A stretch of DNA of 62,817 nucleotides, counting the filler, from Basidioascus undulatus (taxonomy: Eukaryota): NCBI GenBank assembly GCA_000826855.1. It is 12 parts of 12 records of this genome, joined end to end, with 100 filler letters (N's around TTAATTAATTAA, not from the genome) between each part and the next. Parts side by side here need not be neighbours in the genome. Positions count along the whole stretch, not along the records: positions 38,484 to 41,885 come from JTLS01002426.1; positions 41,986 to 45,336 come from JTLS01002427.1; positions 45,437 to 48,833 come from JTLS01002428.1; positions 48,934 to 52,330 come from JTLS01002429.1; 8 more parts are not named here. One strand, given 5' to 3'. The translations under genes and the position numbers were made by a program. The notes below the pieces were generated by a model that worked only from the letters and a program-made list of their open reading frames with translations, ran no database searches and was not told where the DNA came from. Below are positions 38,484-50,566 of the stretch, piece after piece (position 1 is the stretch's first letter; each line of letters begins with the position of its first letter).

Positions 38484-39239
38484 CCCCCCTCGCTGCAGCC
38501 CCAGCCGCTCCCCGCCTCCCTCCTTCTCCCGCTGTTACCCCCTGGCACCCCACTTTCGCTCGCACACGCTCCAACACTGTACCCCTCCCGCCGGGGGGAG
38601 ACGGTCGACGAAGTCCACACGCGGTGCAAAGTCTTCCTGGACGAATTCCTGAGACGGTTGGAGGAGAGGGAGGACGAGCCAGAGGCGGTGCTGTTTGTGG
38701 GGCATGCTGCAAGTGTGATTGCTCTGGGTAGGGCGCTCACGGGCAGGGGGAAGGAGGAGGTGAGGGCAGGGTGCGCGAGCTTGAGCACTGTGCGTTTGGA
38801 CTGGCTTTCTGGCTTGGCGCGACTGCTAATGACTGGATGCAGTACACACGCGACCCTGAAGACGGGTCCAAATGGCATCTCACTAAGAACGCGGATACAT
38901 CGTACCTCCCTAACGGGCTGGAGCGGTGCGTCCTCTCTTCCGTCGCCTTCCCCTTCACCTCGCCTTCCTCTTCTCTCTCCATCTCTCCCTATCCCCTTCA
39001 TCTTCTAGCCCTTTCCCTTTCCCGGGACGTAAGTCTAACCCTGACCCCACCGACCCACACGCAGGCACTGGGACTTCACGATGGTCAGCGGCCATTTCGA
39101 CCCTGGCGAGCCCGTCCCCCCCGGCGAGGCGGCGGACGAGACGGAGCGCGGATGGACGGGCGTCGTGCCCGTGGAGGTTTGGGGGGAGTGGGAGCGCGCG
39201 CGGAGGGGGGAGAAGGAAGGGGCGGGGGGGAGACTTTAG
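38484..39239 (+). CDS. Histidine phosphatase/phosphoglycerate mutase family protein (TFIIIC tau55-like), 5' partial
   Basis: YPSRRGETVDEVHTRC; VLFVGHAASVIALGRALTG; WHLTKNADTSYLPNGLER|HWDF. Confidence 0.8.
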
Positions 39240-40766
39240 AGAGTTGGAAGAAAGGACTATCTTGTCGGTTTGGGCGCGGTAGAGAAGGAAGGGAAGGGAT
39301 GGGGGTTCGCTCCCAGGGGGACGGATCGATACTAACATGACGGAGATGAACCTTACCGCCTATGCGGCGTCTGCGAGCGCAGCATTCGATTCCTCCCTTG
39401 CCGATGATTTCGCACCTCAGCTCCGTCAATTCTCGCGTACCTATCGCCCGTGTCGATCAGGAACCCAACTCTCCCTGCGTCCTACCCCCGACGTCGCTCA
39501 CTCCTCTTCGAATCACCCTGTGCTTTCGAACACCGATCATTTTTCTTTTCCATCCGATCTCACTATTGACTGCTCGGGAACGCCGCGCGCCCATCACGCA
39601 CGTACTTGCCCCAGTCTTCCTTTCTGGTCTGGGACATCTTCACAGGCATTGGGTGAAAGGAGCCATCTCGGGTTGTGGACGTGATCAGTCGGTTCTAGTG
39701 AGAGTGAGGTGAGGGCTCACACCCATCCCTCTCAGGGTGTGCAGCAAAGTCCGAACCCGTCGACCGATCTTAGATCCTCTAACGGCGCTGTCCCCTCCTC
39801 TCGCGATTCCCTACAGCGCTTCTGGACATGGCTATGCTGGCTGGGTTCAGAACCACCCGCAAATGCGTTAGATCTCGCGTCGAACCGATCATCTTATATT
39901 TGTCCCGCCCGCCGTGCACTAAAATTACATAGGTCAAGACGGCTAAGATCCTTCGATGCAGCAATCCAATTATCTTGACTTCACTCGGTCGCAGTATACA
40001 AAACATACCAATAGCGTCTTTGCGCCCGCGACCTACTACTGCTCCCCCCGCAGATTTCACTCCTCGCCCACCCCAAGCCCTCCGCCCAAAGAGGCGCAGG
40101 CCACTTCTTCTGAATCACATCGAGGAGCTTGGAGTCTCCTTCGTAACCACTTTGGATTGACGTCGAAGTTCTGCCATGTGCAAAGAACAGAGGTGGGGGG
40201 GAGATGTCAGCGCATGCGGCTGTGCGTCTGTTGAGGAAGTCTTACGGATGATAAGGAAGTGTTGGTAAATGCGGAAATTCTTTTTTTCTTTCTAAAGGAA
40301 CGGATGAAGGGTTGGTGCTTTTTACCCTTCCTAGTGCAAGCAGCCAGTCGGCCGACTCAAGAGTTGGGCTCGGGATGTCGGCTGGCTGACGGATCGCTTC
40401 GCGGAGCTCCTCGACAGCTTCGGCTTCAAGCTGTTATCATCTGTAGGCCTTGAAGGAGAGTTTACAACTTGGAAGTAGGACAGAAGGGTCAAACTGGTGA
40501 CCCCGCCGACGACGTGGCACGGCGAAGTCGTCGCGTCGTCGGACACATCGCTGCTACGTCGCTGCCACGTTTTCATCGACGTTCTGAAGAAGATAGGGTC
40601 TGCAACAAACACAAGCCGTTATTCTAAAAAAACGGGCAGAGTGGAGTTCTGTCTAGAAGCAGACCGCAGGCATCATGACAACGTCTGATTGGCGAGATAA
40701 CGCACGCCATGACAAGTGCATAAAGAACAACCACTTGACAGACCTCAGAGTCAGTCTGGGAAAGAA

Positions 40767-41828
40767 CTCAAAATATCTCCATCGGCATGACTCGATTATA
40801 AACCCAGGCATCCACGAAGTCCAGGATCTCGGCCGCCACGACCGGGTCCTGAGCCCCGGCCACGACCAGTTTCGGTGGAAGACACGTCGCAGCCGCTGCT
40901 TTGGCCTCCAGTGCGACCTGAAAGTTCGCGAGCATGTTCGACACGGGCCAAGCGACCCCGCGGCGTCGTTCTCCCGAGGGATGTTAGAAATGGTGCGCTC
41001 GTATACAAGTGCTGGTAGCGAGGCGCGGTCGCGCAGGAGGAAGACGGCAGTATCGGCGCCGCGCTGAGTGCCCGCGGCGTGGTATGCGCTGAGCTGCAGA
41101 ACGCGCACGGTTGGCCATGAGACATGGGAATGACGACAGTTTCAGCCGTCCATTTCTACATGATAGTACATGGTATGGGGACAAAAAGAGTGTTGAGCGC
41201 GCGCTTCTGGCCTCGGCTGCTTGCACGGCGGGCTGGGCGCGAGGAGGACCATGCCGCGCAGAGCCGATCCAAGGGTGCCGTACGCGGCGATCCACTGGGC
41301 CAGCTTTCTCCCGAGCGAGTGCCCGACAAGAACGAGGCTTCCGAGGTGAAAGTATCTCACGACGGTCCGGGGGCGACGTCCCGGCGTGAAGCTCGAAACT
41401 GTAGCTGTCGGGCTCCGTTGGCTTTTCGCCGATAAAAGTAAAGCGCTTGGTCAGCATGGCCAAGGGTTTTAAGTGCAGCCAACTAGGCAAGACAATGAGT
41501 TGGACAACGCACCCCCTAGGCCGCCGCTGTCGAGCGCGTAGCACTTGTGACCCTCCGCGGCGAGCCTCTCGACCAAGAGGTTGTAGGTGCCGCTCGAGCC
41601 TAGCCAGTATTGCACGGGAACTAGAGCGGGACTACTAGGAAATATGGCGGTGGCTACTTCAGCGACGCGGACATGCAGTGCCAGCGGCCATGTGTCGGAG
41701 GGGAGACTGATCCGCCTTGGACTATCGTCGAGTTGCGGAGGATAGCGGGCATGGGAGGATGGGATGGGATCGGCGAAAGACAGTCTTCGCAACACTGAAT
41801 TTGTAGGTGTGGGCTCATCCGGAGTCAT
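40767..41828 (-). pseudogene. Frameshifted alpha/beta hydrolase (Abhydrolase_1/6-like)
   Basis: LVPVQYWLGSS (oxyanion region), HKCYALD, LVLVGHSLG (nucleophile), MVLLAPSPP and LVVAGAQDPVV (acid) are present but need frame changes near 41375 and 40960 with no usable intron. No catalytic His motif before the stop. Confidence 0.65.
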
Positions 41829-41985
41829 GGGAAGTCAATTCGCTATATGTAAGTGAGTCCCGAGAGAGGGTTGCGGGTTAAGGCANNNNNNNNNNNNNNN
41901 NNNNNNNNNNNNNNNNNNNNNNNNNNNNNTTAATTAATTAANNNNNNNNNNNNNNNNNNNNNNNNNNNNNNNNNNNNNNNNNNNN

Positions 41986-43575
41986 GGGGGGAGGGAAGGG
42001 GACGAACGGGCAAGTGGCGATGGCACAGCGCCTTCATCTCAAAGTCCTCCGCGTCCTCCGCGTCGCCCGCCTTGCCCGCGGTGGGGACCTTGCACAACAG
42101 CCCATGCCTGCGCGCGCACGTCGCGTGGAAGGCGGTGAAGCACGACGACTTGTCGCACTGGATGCACGCGCCGACGTTCTTTTGCTTGCAGAGGTAGCAG
42201 TTCTGGCTCCGCCCACCGCTGTCAGCTTCCCAGCTTCTTGCTTCCGAGGAAAATGGGGGAGAGGCTGAGAAAAGCAAGGAAGGAACGAGGGGGGGAAGGA
42301 AGGGAATGGAGGTGAGGAAGTGGAAGGGGGTAGGGGGACGCACAAGCTTCCACCGGCTCTTCGGAATCCGCTCCACGCCCTCGACGGGCTCGAGGTAGAC
42401 GGGGTTGGCGAGGCTCGTCTCGGGCACCCAGTTCGCGCAGAGGACGTGCGCCCAGGTGCCTTGCGTCGTCTGCTTGAACGCGCCGCCCTCGTTCGGGCAG
42501 AGGATGCATGACTGCGGGGGAGGGGGCGAGTTAGACTTCGAAGAGAAAAGGAGGTCGGGGCAGGAGAGTAGGGCAGGGGAAGAAGTGGGAGGACGCACAA
42601 CGGGATTCTCGGGCGACACGGTGCACTTGCGGCAGAGCCACTGGCCCTCGGGGATGTAGGGGATGCCGTAGCACTCTGTTCCCGCCCGCCAGCCTCAATC
42701 AGCCACCTTCTTCTTCCCATCTTCTAAGAGGAAAATGGAGGAAGGAGCAGCCACGCACCCTGATGCACCGCCAAATTGCACCCGTCGCAGAAGACAATCG
42801 CGTTCGAGTTCTCGCACTCGCCGTCGTCGCAGATCGCGCACGTCTGGTCCTCCGCGGGAGCGTCGGCCGCGCCTGCGGCGGAGGGCGGCGCGGGGAGGCG
42901 CTTTTGCTAAGGTGGGCCCGACGCTCAACTGGTCAGAGAACTGGACACGAAGAGGGTCGGAAGAGGGAGAGTGGGAAGGTGGAGGGATGGACAGCGGTGG
43001 GGAGGAGGTGAAGGTGGTGAATGGTGAGAGTGGGGGAGGGGAGAAAGGGAGACACACGAGGTCAAACCACTCCTTCTCCAAGCGGTCCATGACGACCTCA
43101 AACAGCTCGTACGGCACTGCAGCAATGTTGGCCTTCGTGCGAGCGGCGTTGGTCGTGTCGAGCCATTCCTGGTCTGCGGGGGAGTAGTATCTCAATATCT
43201 CAACACCCCCTCCAAGAAGGGAGAAGGAAGCTCCCTCACCCTGCTCGTCCATATCATACTCCACCTGCCGATTGAGCTCCGAATCGAGGGGCTCGATATA
43301 CCGGATGTAGCTCTGCGGCCTGACAAACGGTTCTCCATCGTTATCTGCCCGCTCCCCCACCCTCATCAAGACCCATGCCCGACACCCCATGCGTCCTAGA
43401 AGAGAGGGAAAGACGCACACCCATAAGCCCTGTTCGTCGCGTCCCTCCCAACCTTGGACGCGAGCGTACGCGCGTCGTCTTCGTCGTCGGGGACGAGCGT
43501 GAAGCGGACTTTGGGCAGGTCCGCCTTCCACACGGGCAGCTCGCCAAGACCGGGGACGAGCGTCGAGCTCGCCAT
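41986..43575 (-). CDS. NTO1: NuA3 HAT complex PHD-finger subunit Nto1/BRPF homolog (3' partial)
   Basis: EPL1-like YIRYIEP...[10 protein letters not shown]...[35 protein letters not shown]...[20 protein letters not shown]; second finger [14 protein letters not shown]...WAHVLCANW. Confidence 0.92.
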
Positions 43576-44035
43576 CCTTGCGTTCCTTCTCTTCGCTTGT
43601 TAATCACGCGTCGTACAGGGTGGAGAGCGAGGCGCGAGGCGCGAGGTGATGAGCGTGTTGATGGAAGCGAAAGACGCGTCCCTGACCGCGCCTCGACGTC
43701 GGCCCGCCCGCCGAACGGGTTTTGCGCGTGCTTGTCCGGCGCCAAGGTTCTGACTCGCCTCCGCACGCTCGCTTGACACTTTCGCCTTCACCTTCATTGT
43801 CGCTCCGCCCGCTCATCCGCTCATCCGCAACTCTCGAATCCCATCCCGCTTCTCACGCGTCGATCAAACTCTCCGCTCCTCGCCGCCGTCCACATCGGGC
43901 ATTCTCCCGACCCCCGACCACCGTATTCCGGCATCTTCGAGCATTCCTCACCTCCTCGGCCTCCTCATCCTCGTCAAGAGGGCGTCTCACCACGCGCCTT
44001 TGGAAGGCTGGAAGTGAGGTCAAACGACGACACGG

Positions 44036-45336
44036 ATGGCCCTCCCGCAAATCACTATCACGCTCCTCCCCGGCCTGCTCGCAGGGATCCACGATGTCCT
44101 TGGCCCGCACACCCCGCCGACGCCAATCCAGTCCCTCAGCCTCGCGCACTTCTTCCCCTCCTCTCCTCCCCCCTCCTCCCGCAAGTCCAAGCGCTCCCAA
44201 ACCCCTACCTCCCCCGAATACACCTCGACCCTCCTAGCAGCCGAGACCGGCTCGGGCAAAACGCTCGCGTTCCTCCTCCCCGTCCTGCACAACCTTAAGT
44301 CCTCCGAGCTCGCCGCCCCCCCGCCTCCCGACCCCGCTACCGTGCCCCCTAAACCGCCGACACTGCGACCCCGCGCGCTAGTCCTTGCGCCAACGCGCGA
44401 GCTCGGCCTCCAGCTCACAGCGAGCGTCAAGGCCCTCTCGCACACGCTCAAGCTCCGCGCGCGGTACCTCGCGCGCGCGAGCGAGATTGCGCGCGACCCC
44501 GCTGCGGCGCTCGGGGAGGAGGGGCAGGACGTGGATGTCTTGGTCGGGACAGTCGGGCAGGTGCTCGCGCTTGCTGGGGAAGGGGAGGCGGAGGCGGAGG
44601 GGAAGAGGAGGATGGAGAGGGAGGTACTGGATTTGAGGGGCGTTGAGTGGGTCGTGGTGGACGAGGCGGACGCAATGTTCGGTACGTCTTCCTTCTTCTT
44701 CCTTCTCTCCTTCCCCTTCCTTTCACTTCCCTCTGACATTCCCCTCACCCCTCCCCCAAAGACATCGACTTCCTCCCTTCCACTACCTCTCTCCTCTCGC
44801 ACATCCACTCCCTGCGCTCCTCCCCCTCCTCCTTCCCCCAATCACCCTCCTACCACCTCCTCCTATCCACCGCGACGCTCCGCACGTCGCTCTCCTCCTA
44901 CCTCACCTCCACGCACCCCTCCCTCGCGCGCCTCATCTCCCCCAAGCTGCACACCCTCCCGCGCAGCCTCAAGCCGACGCACATCCCCCTCACCTCGGGG
45001 AACAAGCTCGCCGACATAACCTCCGCCATCCGCTCCGCGCTCTCCGCCCCTTCCTCCCGAGGGATCGTGTTTGTCAACCGGAAGACGGGCGTCGAGCGAC
45101 TGGCGAAGTACCTTGAGGAGCGGGGCGTGAAGAACGTGCAGATTACGGGTGAGAGCGCGGGGCGCAGCCGCGTGAGCAATCGCGCGCTCGCACCGTTTTT
45201 GAGGCGCCCGCCCCGGAGTCGGAAGGAGGAGGGGATGGACGGGGAGGAGAAGAAGGAGAAGAAGGAGAAGGGGGAGGAAAGAGAGGAGGGGAGGTACTTG
45301 AAGACGATGAAGCCGCTGTGTGAGGAGTGGGAAGTG
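44036..45336 (+). CDS. MRH4: DEAD-box RNA helicase, Mrh4-like mitochondrial (3' partial; true start uncertain)
   Basis: Q-motif PTPIQ; motif I LLAAETGSGKT; Ia LAPTREL; II VVVDEAD; III STAT; IV IVFVN. The AAETGSGKT variant is characteristic of Mrh4/DDX28. Confidence 0.8.
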
Positions 45337-45436
45337 NNNNNNNNNNNNNNNNNNNNNNNNNNNNNNNNNNNNNNNNNNNNTTAATTAATTAANNNNNNNN
45401 NNNNNNNNNNNNNNNNNNNNNNNNNNNNNNNNNNNN

Positions 45437-46351
45437 CCCCCACGTCCTCGCCCCATCTTCCCGCTCCTCCCAAAAGCCAAGCTCATCCCCGCCCGCCGGC
45501 CCGCCCCCGCTCCGCCTAACCCCGGTCCCGTTCCGCCCGCCAAGCGCGCGCGTGCGGCCTACTATGGGAACAACTATTCTGCGCCCGAGGAGACTATCCG
45601 GAACGATCTGAGCGCGGACTATGTCGATCGTGGGAGGAGGCCGCAGGATTGCATTCTTAATGCCTCGCGCGAGGGGCGGTTTGATGAGTGTGTTTCTTCC
45701 CCTCAGTTCCCCCAATCCACATCGAGCCACTCGACCCTGATCCTCTTCTAACAGATATCCCAAGCAGAAGCGACTCCTCCACCTTAAAACCTCTCTTCTC
45801 GCCTCCCTCTCCCCTCCGCCCGTCTACCATCCCTTCCCGCCCCTCAGCGCCCTCTCGCCCGCACCAGGGCCCACGCCGTCCCCGCTCCTCGCCTCCCTCG
45901 GCACAGCCAAGTTCGATGTCCTCCTGCTCTCTCCGCCGGACTCCTGGTCCTGGGACCAGGTCGCCGCGCTCCCCGTGCGGCAGCTCAGCGCCGACCCCAG
46001 CTTCGTCTTTGTGTGGGTCGGCACTGGCGGCGGGGACGGGCTCGAGCGCGGGCGGGAGCTGTTGGGCAGGTGGGGGTTCAGGAGGTGCGAGGATATCGTC
46101 TGGGTGCAGACTATTAGGGAGGGAGAGGAGAGGAGGAGGGGAGACCATCCTCCCACGGAGAGCTTGTTCACGCAGACGAAGCTGCACTGCCTCATGGGGA
46201 TCCGAGGTGCGCCCGTCTTTGACTCTACACCGACGCCCTACCTTCTTCGTCTCACTCCCTCATCCCAAGGCACCGTTCGCCGCTCGACCGACGCGCACTT
46301 TGTGCACTGCAACATCGACGTAGACACCATCGTCTCTCCCTCCGCTCCCGG
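45437..46351 (+). CDS. KAR4: MT-A70 family m6A methyltransferase non-catalytic subunit Kar4/METTL14 (partial)
   Basis: [76 protein letters not shown]. Confidence 0.9.
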
Positions 46352-46480
46352 TCCGTCTTCCCCTTTCCTCCTCTTCCTATCACCATCGCCATTTTCTCCC
46401 CACCCTCCCCGTCCCTCCTCCCAATCTCCTCCTCTCCGCATCTCCCATCTCCCCCTTTCCCCTTTCCACACTTCACGCAC

Positions 46481-47676
46481 CTTCCCATCCGGAACAAACT
46501 TGAAATTATCCGTGCTCAGCCCAAAGCGCCCCAGCACGCTGTTCCCCAGATCTTTGAGCTTGCCAAGCATCTCTGCCTTCTCGCGCTCCTGCGCTTCTTG
46601 TACGAGCCGCGGGAGGCGCGCGATCGCTGCGCGGGCGGTCCGGTCCGAGGGGGAGAAGGTCAGGAGACGCTGGCAATCTGGGTGGGGGAGGGAGGGCCGA
46701 ATGGTTAGAGGGAGAGAATAACAGTGGGGGAAGGAAGAGAACATACCGGAGAGGGCTGTTTGGAGGGACGACCATGTGCCCAGCCGCTCGGAGGCGAGCG
46801 CGCGCCGCTGGAGGGCTTTGATGTAGTCTGTGTCGTCTTTGAGGGCTGGAGCCGCACGCCGGATGGTGGGTGGTTTGTAAGCTATGGGCTGTGTGGAAGG
46901 AAGCGAGGAAGCGAGGAATGCGCACCTTCTGTGCAGGCGTCGACAGCCTTCTTCCACTCCTCCTACCCCTCCAACGCCGAGTCAGGCCTCCTTCTTCTCC
47001 TCCCTTTCCTTTACAAAATGACGACGAAAAAAATGAAGAAGTGAACGTAAGACGCACCAACTTAACCCAGCAAGCCGCCAAATTCCCCCTCAGCGTCTTC
47101 CTCATCTCCTTGCACTCCTCCTCCACCCCTCCCGCCTCCGCCCCGACCTTCCCCGGCGGGTTAGCCACAAACTCGCGCGGATCGCGGGGGATCTCTTCCA
47201 CCCCCTCCTCCACTTCCGGCGCAGGAGAAGGCGAAGGAGAGCGGGAGGGCGAAGGCGTGCGCGGGCGCTTGGGGACGTGCGCGAGCGCGTCCTCGTACAG
47301 CGGTACGGCATCCGCGTATCGCCCGGCGACGAAGTGGGCGTTTCCTTGGGATTTTAGGGAGGAGGCGCGGGAGACAAGGTCCTGTGGAGAGCGGGCTCCA
47401 TTCATCCAAGTTCTGACAGGAGGGCAAGAGAGCGCAGAACACCAAACGCACGCGGATTTCGGCCTCTGTGAACTGCGGCGTCTCCTCCTCCCATGCTCCT
47501 TCCCGCCCCTGCTCCTCCTCATCCCCAGCAGTATGGAACGACCGCGCCTCGTCGTCGTCTGAGTTCGGGGCCTCAGCGGGCTCCGCGCTCGAGGAGGGGT
47601 CGACGTCCAGCTGCGCGAGCTTGTACGCGAGGTGGTCCTCCTGCGATGCGTCTGTGGATTGGAGGACCGAGGGCAT
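46481..47676 (-). CDS. TTC1: TPR protein, TTC1-like (last exon not found)
   Basis: ASSLKSQGNAHF; LRGNLAACWVKL; YIKALQRRA; REKAEMLGKLKDLGNSVLGRFGLSTDNFKFVPDG, the conserved TTC1 C-terminal motif. Confidence 0.88.
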
Positions 47677-48058
47677 GGCAAGTTCTGTTTGTGTGGAAAG
47701 GCGATTGTGTATTTGTGGAAGAAGACGGCGAAGGGAAGACCAAGGCGAGACAGAGACAGACCGGCGGGCGGGCTGATTCCGCTTCCAGGCGTCGGGCGAT
47801 CGTCGACCAACTTGGCTTCCTATACCCTCGCCTTCGTCTGCCATTCTTCTGCAGCTGTTGCATATGGCTTCATAGTCCAGCGGGATGCTGGGAGAGTCAT
47901 ATCTTCAGATTACACATAGGCCTTGCCAGTCAAATGTCTGTCATCTCGTCGATATTTGGATGCGTTGACAAACTGACCCCCCCCCCCCCCAAGAACACGC
48001 CCGTCCATTCGCGTAGCGCATTCCTCGCCCTCCCATCCGCCCAGCCCCAAGAACCCAC

Positions 48059-48833
48059 ATGTCCTCCCCCGTCGCCCCCTCTCCCAGCGCCACCACCAAT
48101 TCCAGCGCCGCCGTCTCGCGCCGCATCCCCGGCCAGCGCGCGCCGCCCCCCACGTTCAAAACGGTGTACCTTCCGCGCTGCCCGCGCACCGACGCGGACG
48201 CGTGCATTCGCCCGAGCAAGACGGACCCGGCCGTCTTGAACGCGAAGGGCGAGGTCGACTTCATGCGCCCTGTCGGGAAGGACGAGTCTACCAGCTGGCT
48301 TTGGAGGAGCAAGATCGGGAAGGCTGTTGCGAGCTGGATGGGGCTGCCCGGTGAGCGAGCACAGCGAGTGCGGCGTGGGGAAGTTGGCTTATGCAATTGG
48401 GGGTGGGGGTGGGACAGACGCGGATACGAAGGACTACTGGATCGACGACTTCCCCGAGAACTACACGTTCTGGATCCACGAAAAGTTCGTCTCCTCCAAG
48501 GGCGCACTGCGATACGACCCGTACGTCTTCGGTGCGTCCCTGTTCTTCCTTTGCCTTCCTCGCTCCCTTCCCTGCTCACTTACCTCACTTACCCTTCCGC
48601 GATGCGCCCAGGCTCGCCCCACACCGCAAAGTTCCGCTCCGTCCCCGAAATCGCACCGCATATCTGTACGCCTCCCCTTCCTTACCGTAATGCACTTCCG
48701 CCCTCCAGCCGCGCTGAATGCAGCGTGCCCGCACACAGACTGGCTGTACACCGACAAAACCCTCAACCACGACAACTGCGAGTGCATCGTGCGCTTCCAT
48801 CTCTCCCCCGCTCCCCTCCCTTATCCTCGCTCA
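48059..48833 (+). CDS. clr2: Cryptic loci regulator 2 (Clr2)-like silencing protein, N-terminal domain (3' partial)
   Basis: WRSKIG; YWIDDFPENY; RYDPYVFG|SPHTAKFRSVPEIAPHI|xWL...HDNCEC match the Clr2 N-terminal signature (DxYxxG...FRSxxExxPHxxWL...CxC). Confidence 0.75.
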
Positions 48834-48981
48834 NNNNNNNNNNNNNNNNNNNNNNNNNNNNNNNNNNNNNNNNNNNNTTAATTAATTAANNNNNNNNNNN
48901 NNNNNNNNNNNNNNNNNNNNNNNNNNNNNNNNNCCCCTCCCCAACCTCCGCTCCCCTCGCAGTGGCCTCGGTCCTCGAACC

Positions 48982-50334
48982 TCACTGCGTCTGCGCACCG
49001 TAGCCCCTGCATGTCCCGAAAGACCAAGGATCAGCATCATTGGCCAGCGGATGCTCGAGGGAAAGAAAGGAAGGAGAGGGGGAAGGGAGAAGAGAGGAAT
49101 GGGAAGAGGGAAGATAGGAGTGGAAAGAAGAGAGAGGGGGGGAGGGGACGAAAGGGCGATGGGGAAGAACGGGAAAAGGAGGAAAGACGCACCGGATGCC
49201 CTCCGCAAAGCTCCACTCGGTCTCGACCGACATCGACGGGGATATCACCACGCCCTCCTTCGTAACCTTAGCGATTTGGAACTGTTTCCCCCCCGTCAGC
49301 ACCCTTTCCCCCCTTTCCCGCCATCCCTCCCACTTCTCCCCCTCCTCACCTTGTTCAAGCTCCTCGCATCCCGATAAAACAGCACCCTCATGCAAGTCCT
49401 AACAATCTCCGTCGCCTCCTCCTCCGTCAAAGACGTCTCCCGTCCCTCAACCGCCTTCCGCAACAGCGGCTGGGCGATCATGCTCGCGTAACCGGTGCCG
49501 ATCGTCGGGGAGCTGTACGTCGTGCCGAGGAGGTCGACGTACCCCAGGAAGGGCTCGCCCGTGGTCGCGTCGACCCCGCCCAGGACGTACGAGTTCCAGA
49601 GGGGGTCGAACTTGGAGCGTCGCGCGTAGAGAACGGTGGAGAGCCAAGAGTAGATTTGGGTGGGACCGAGGGTGTGCCCGTCGTCGAGGTTGGATTCGTT
49701 GATCCTGCGAGAGAGGGCGGGCGGGTGAGCATGAGGGGAGGACAGGGAGTAGGGTGGAAGGGGAAGAGGGAGTGACGGACATGAGCTTCTCGAGCTCGTG
49801 CTGCATGTACTGGAAGTCGGACATGTCCCCCGCGGCGCCGATGACGGTGTGCGTCCCGATGGGGTGCAGGCGCTGGATGTCCTTGAAGCGCGCGAGCGAG
49901 CCGTAGGACGCTTCAAGCGCAGAACAGCTCAGTTTGAAGCAAGGGGTAAAGTACGGGAAGGAGGAACAACGCACCGAGGTTGTCAGCGGCGAGCATGACG
50001 CCGTCCTTGTACTTGAGGCCGATGACGGACGTGCCGGTCACGATGGGCTGTCTGCATATCAGGGGCAATCAGCTACTACGCTAATCCGCATGCTTCGGTG
50101 GGCGACGCACTGTGTCCGCTGCACGTCCTCCGCAAACGCATCGTGCTCCTCCTGCCCACGGCGGACGGGCACGCCGAGCTGCTGCCTGCGCGTGAAATCG
50201 CCGCCGTACGCGTCCATCTTGTTGTCCGTCCAGGGACTGTTGGCTCGAATGTCAGCTTCGAGGGAAGAGCGGGGAGAGCGAGGGGGAAGGGAGGGAGAGA
50301 CGGACCGGCCCCAGGAGGTGGGATTCTGCAGCAT
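48982..50334 (-). CDS. PRE4: 20S proteasome subunit beta-7
   Basis: [87 protein letters not shown]. Confidence 0.96.
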
Positions 50335-50566
50335 TCTGAGAGGGGGTGTGTGGGTGTATGAAGAAAAAGAAGGAGGATAGAGTATGATTTGGCGTAGGAT
50401 GAGGATGGTGGTATGAGCGTGTTCACTGCAGGCGACGATTACGTCGAGCGAGGTCCAGTCGGTCAGAACCGTAACCTTCACCCGGCCCTTGACTTGAGCG
50501 GCGAGCCTCACATGCTTCTCGTGTGCCTTCTCCCTTCACACTCCTTTCCGCACACACTTACACACA

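Noticed and set aside
39034..39044. TCTAACCCTGA resembling a telomerase RNA template
   Set aside because: It is the CTAAC branch-point region of an intron in the histidine phosphatase gene.
27971..48833. Apparent meiosis/chromatin cluster (XRCC2, separase, NTO1, KAR4, Clr2)
   Set aside because: Apart from KAR4 and Clr2, the genes lie on different contigs joined by size order, and the KAR4 contig may itself be chimeric.
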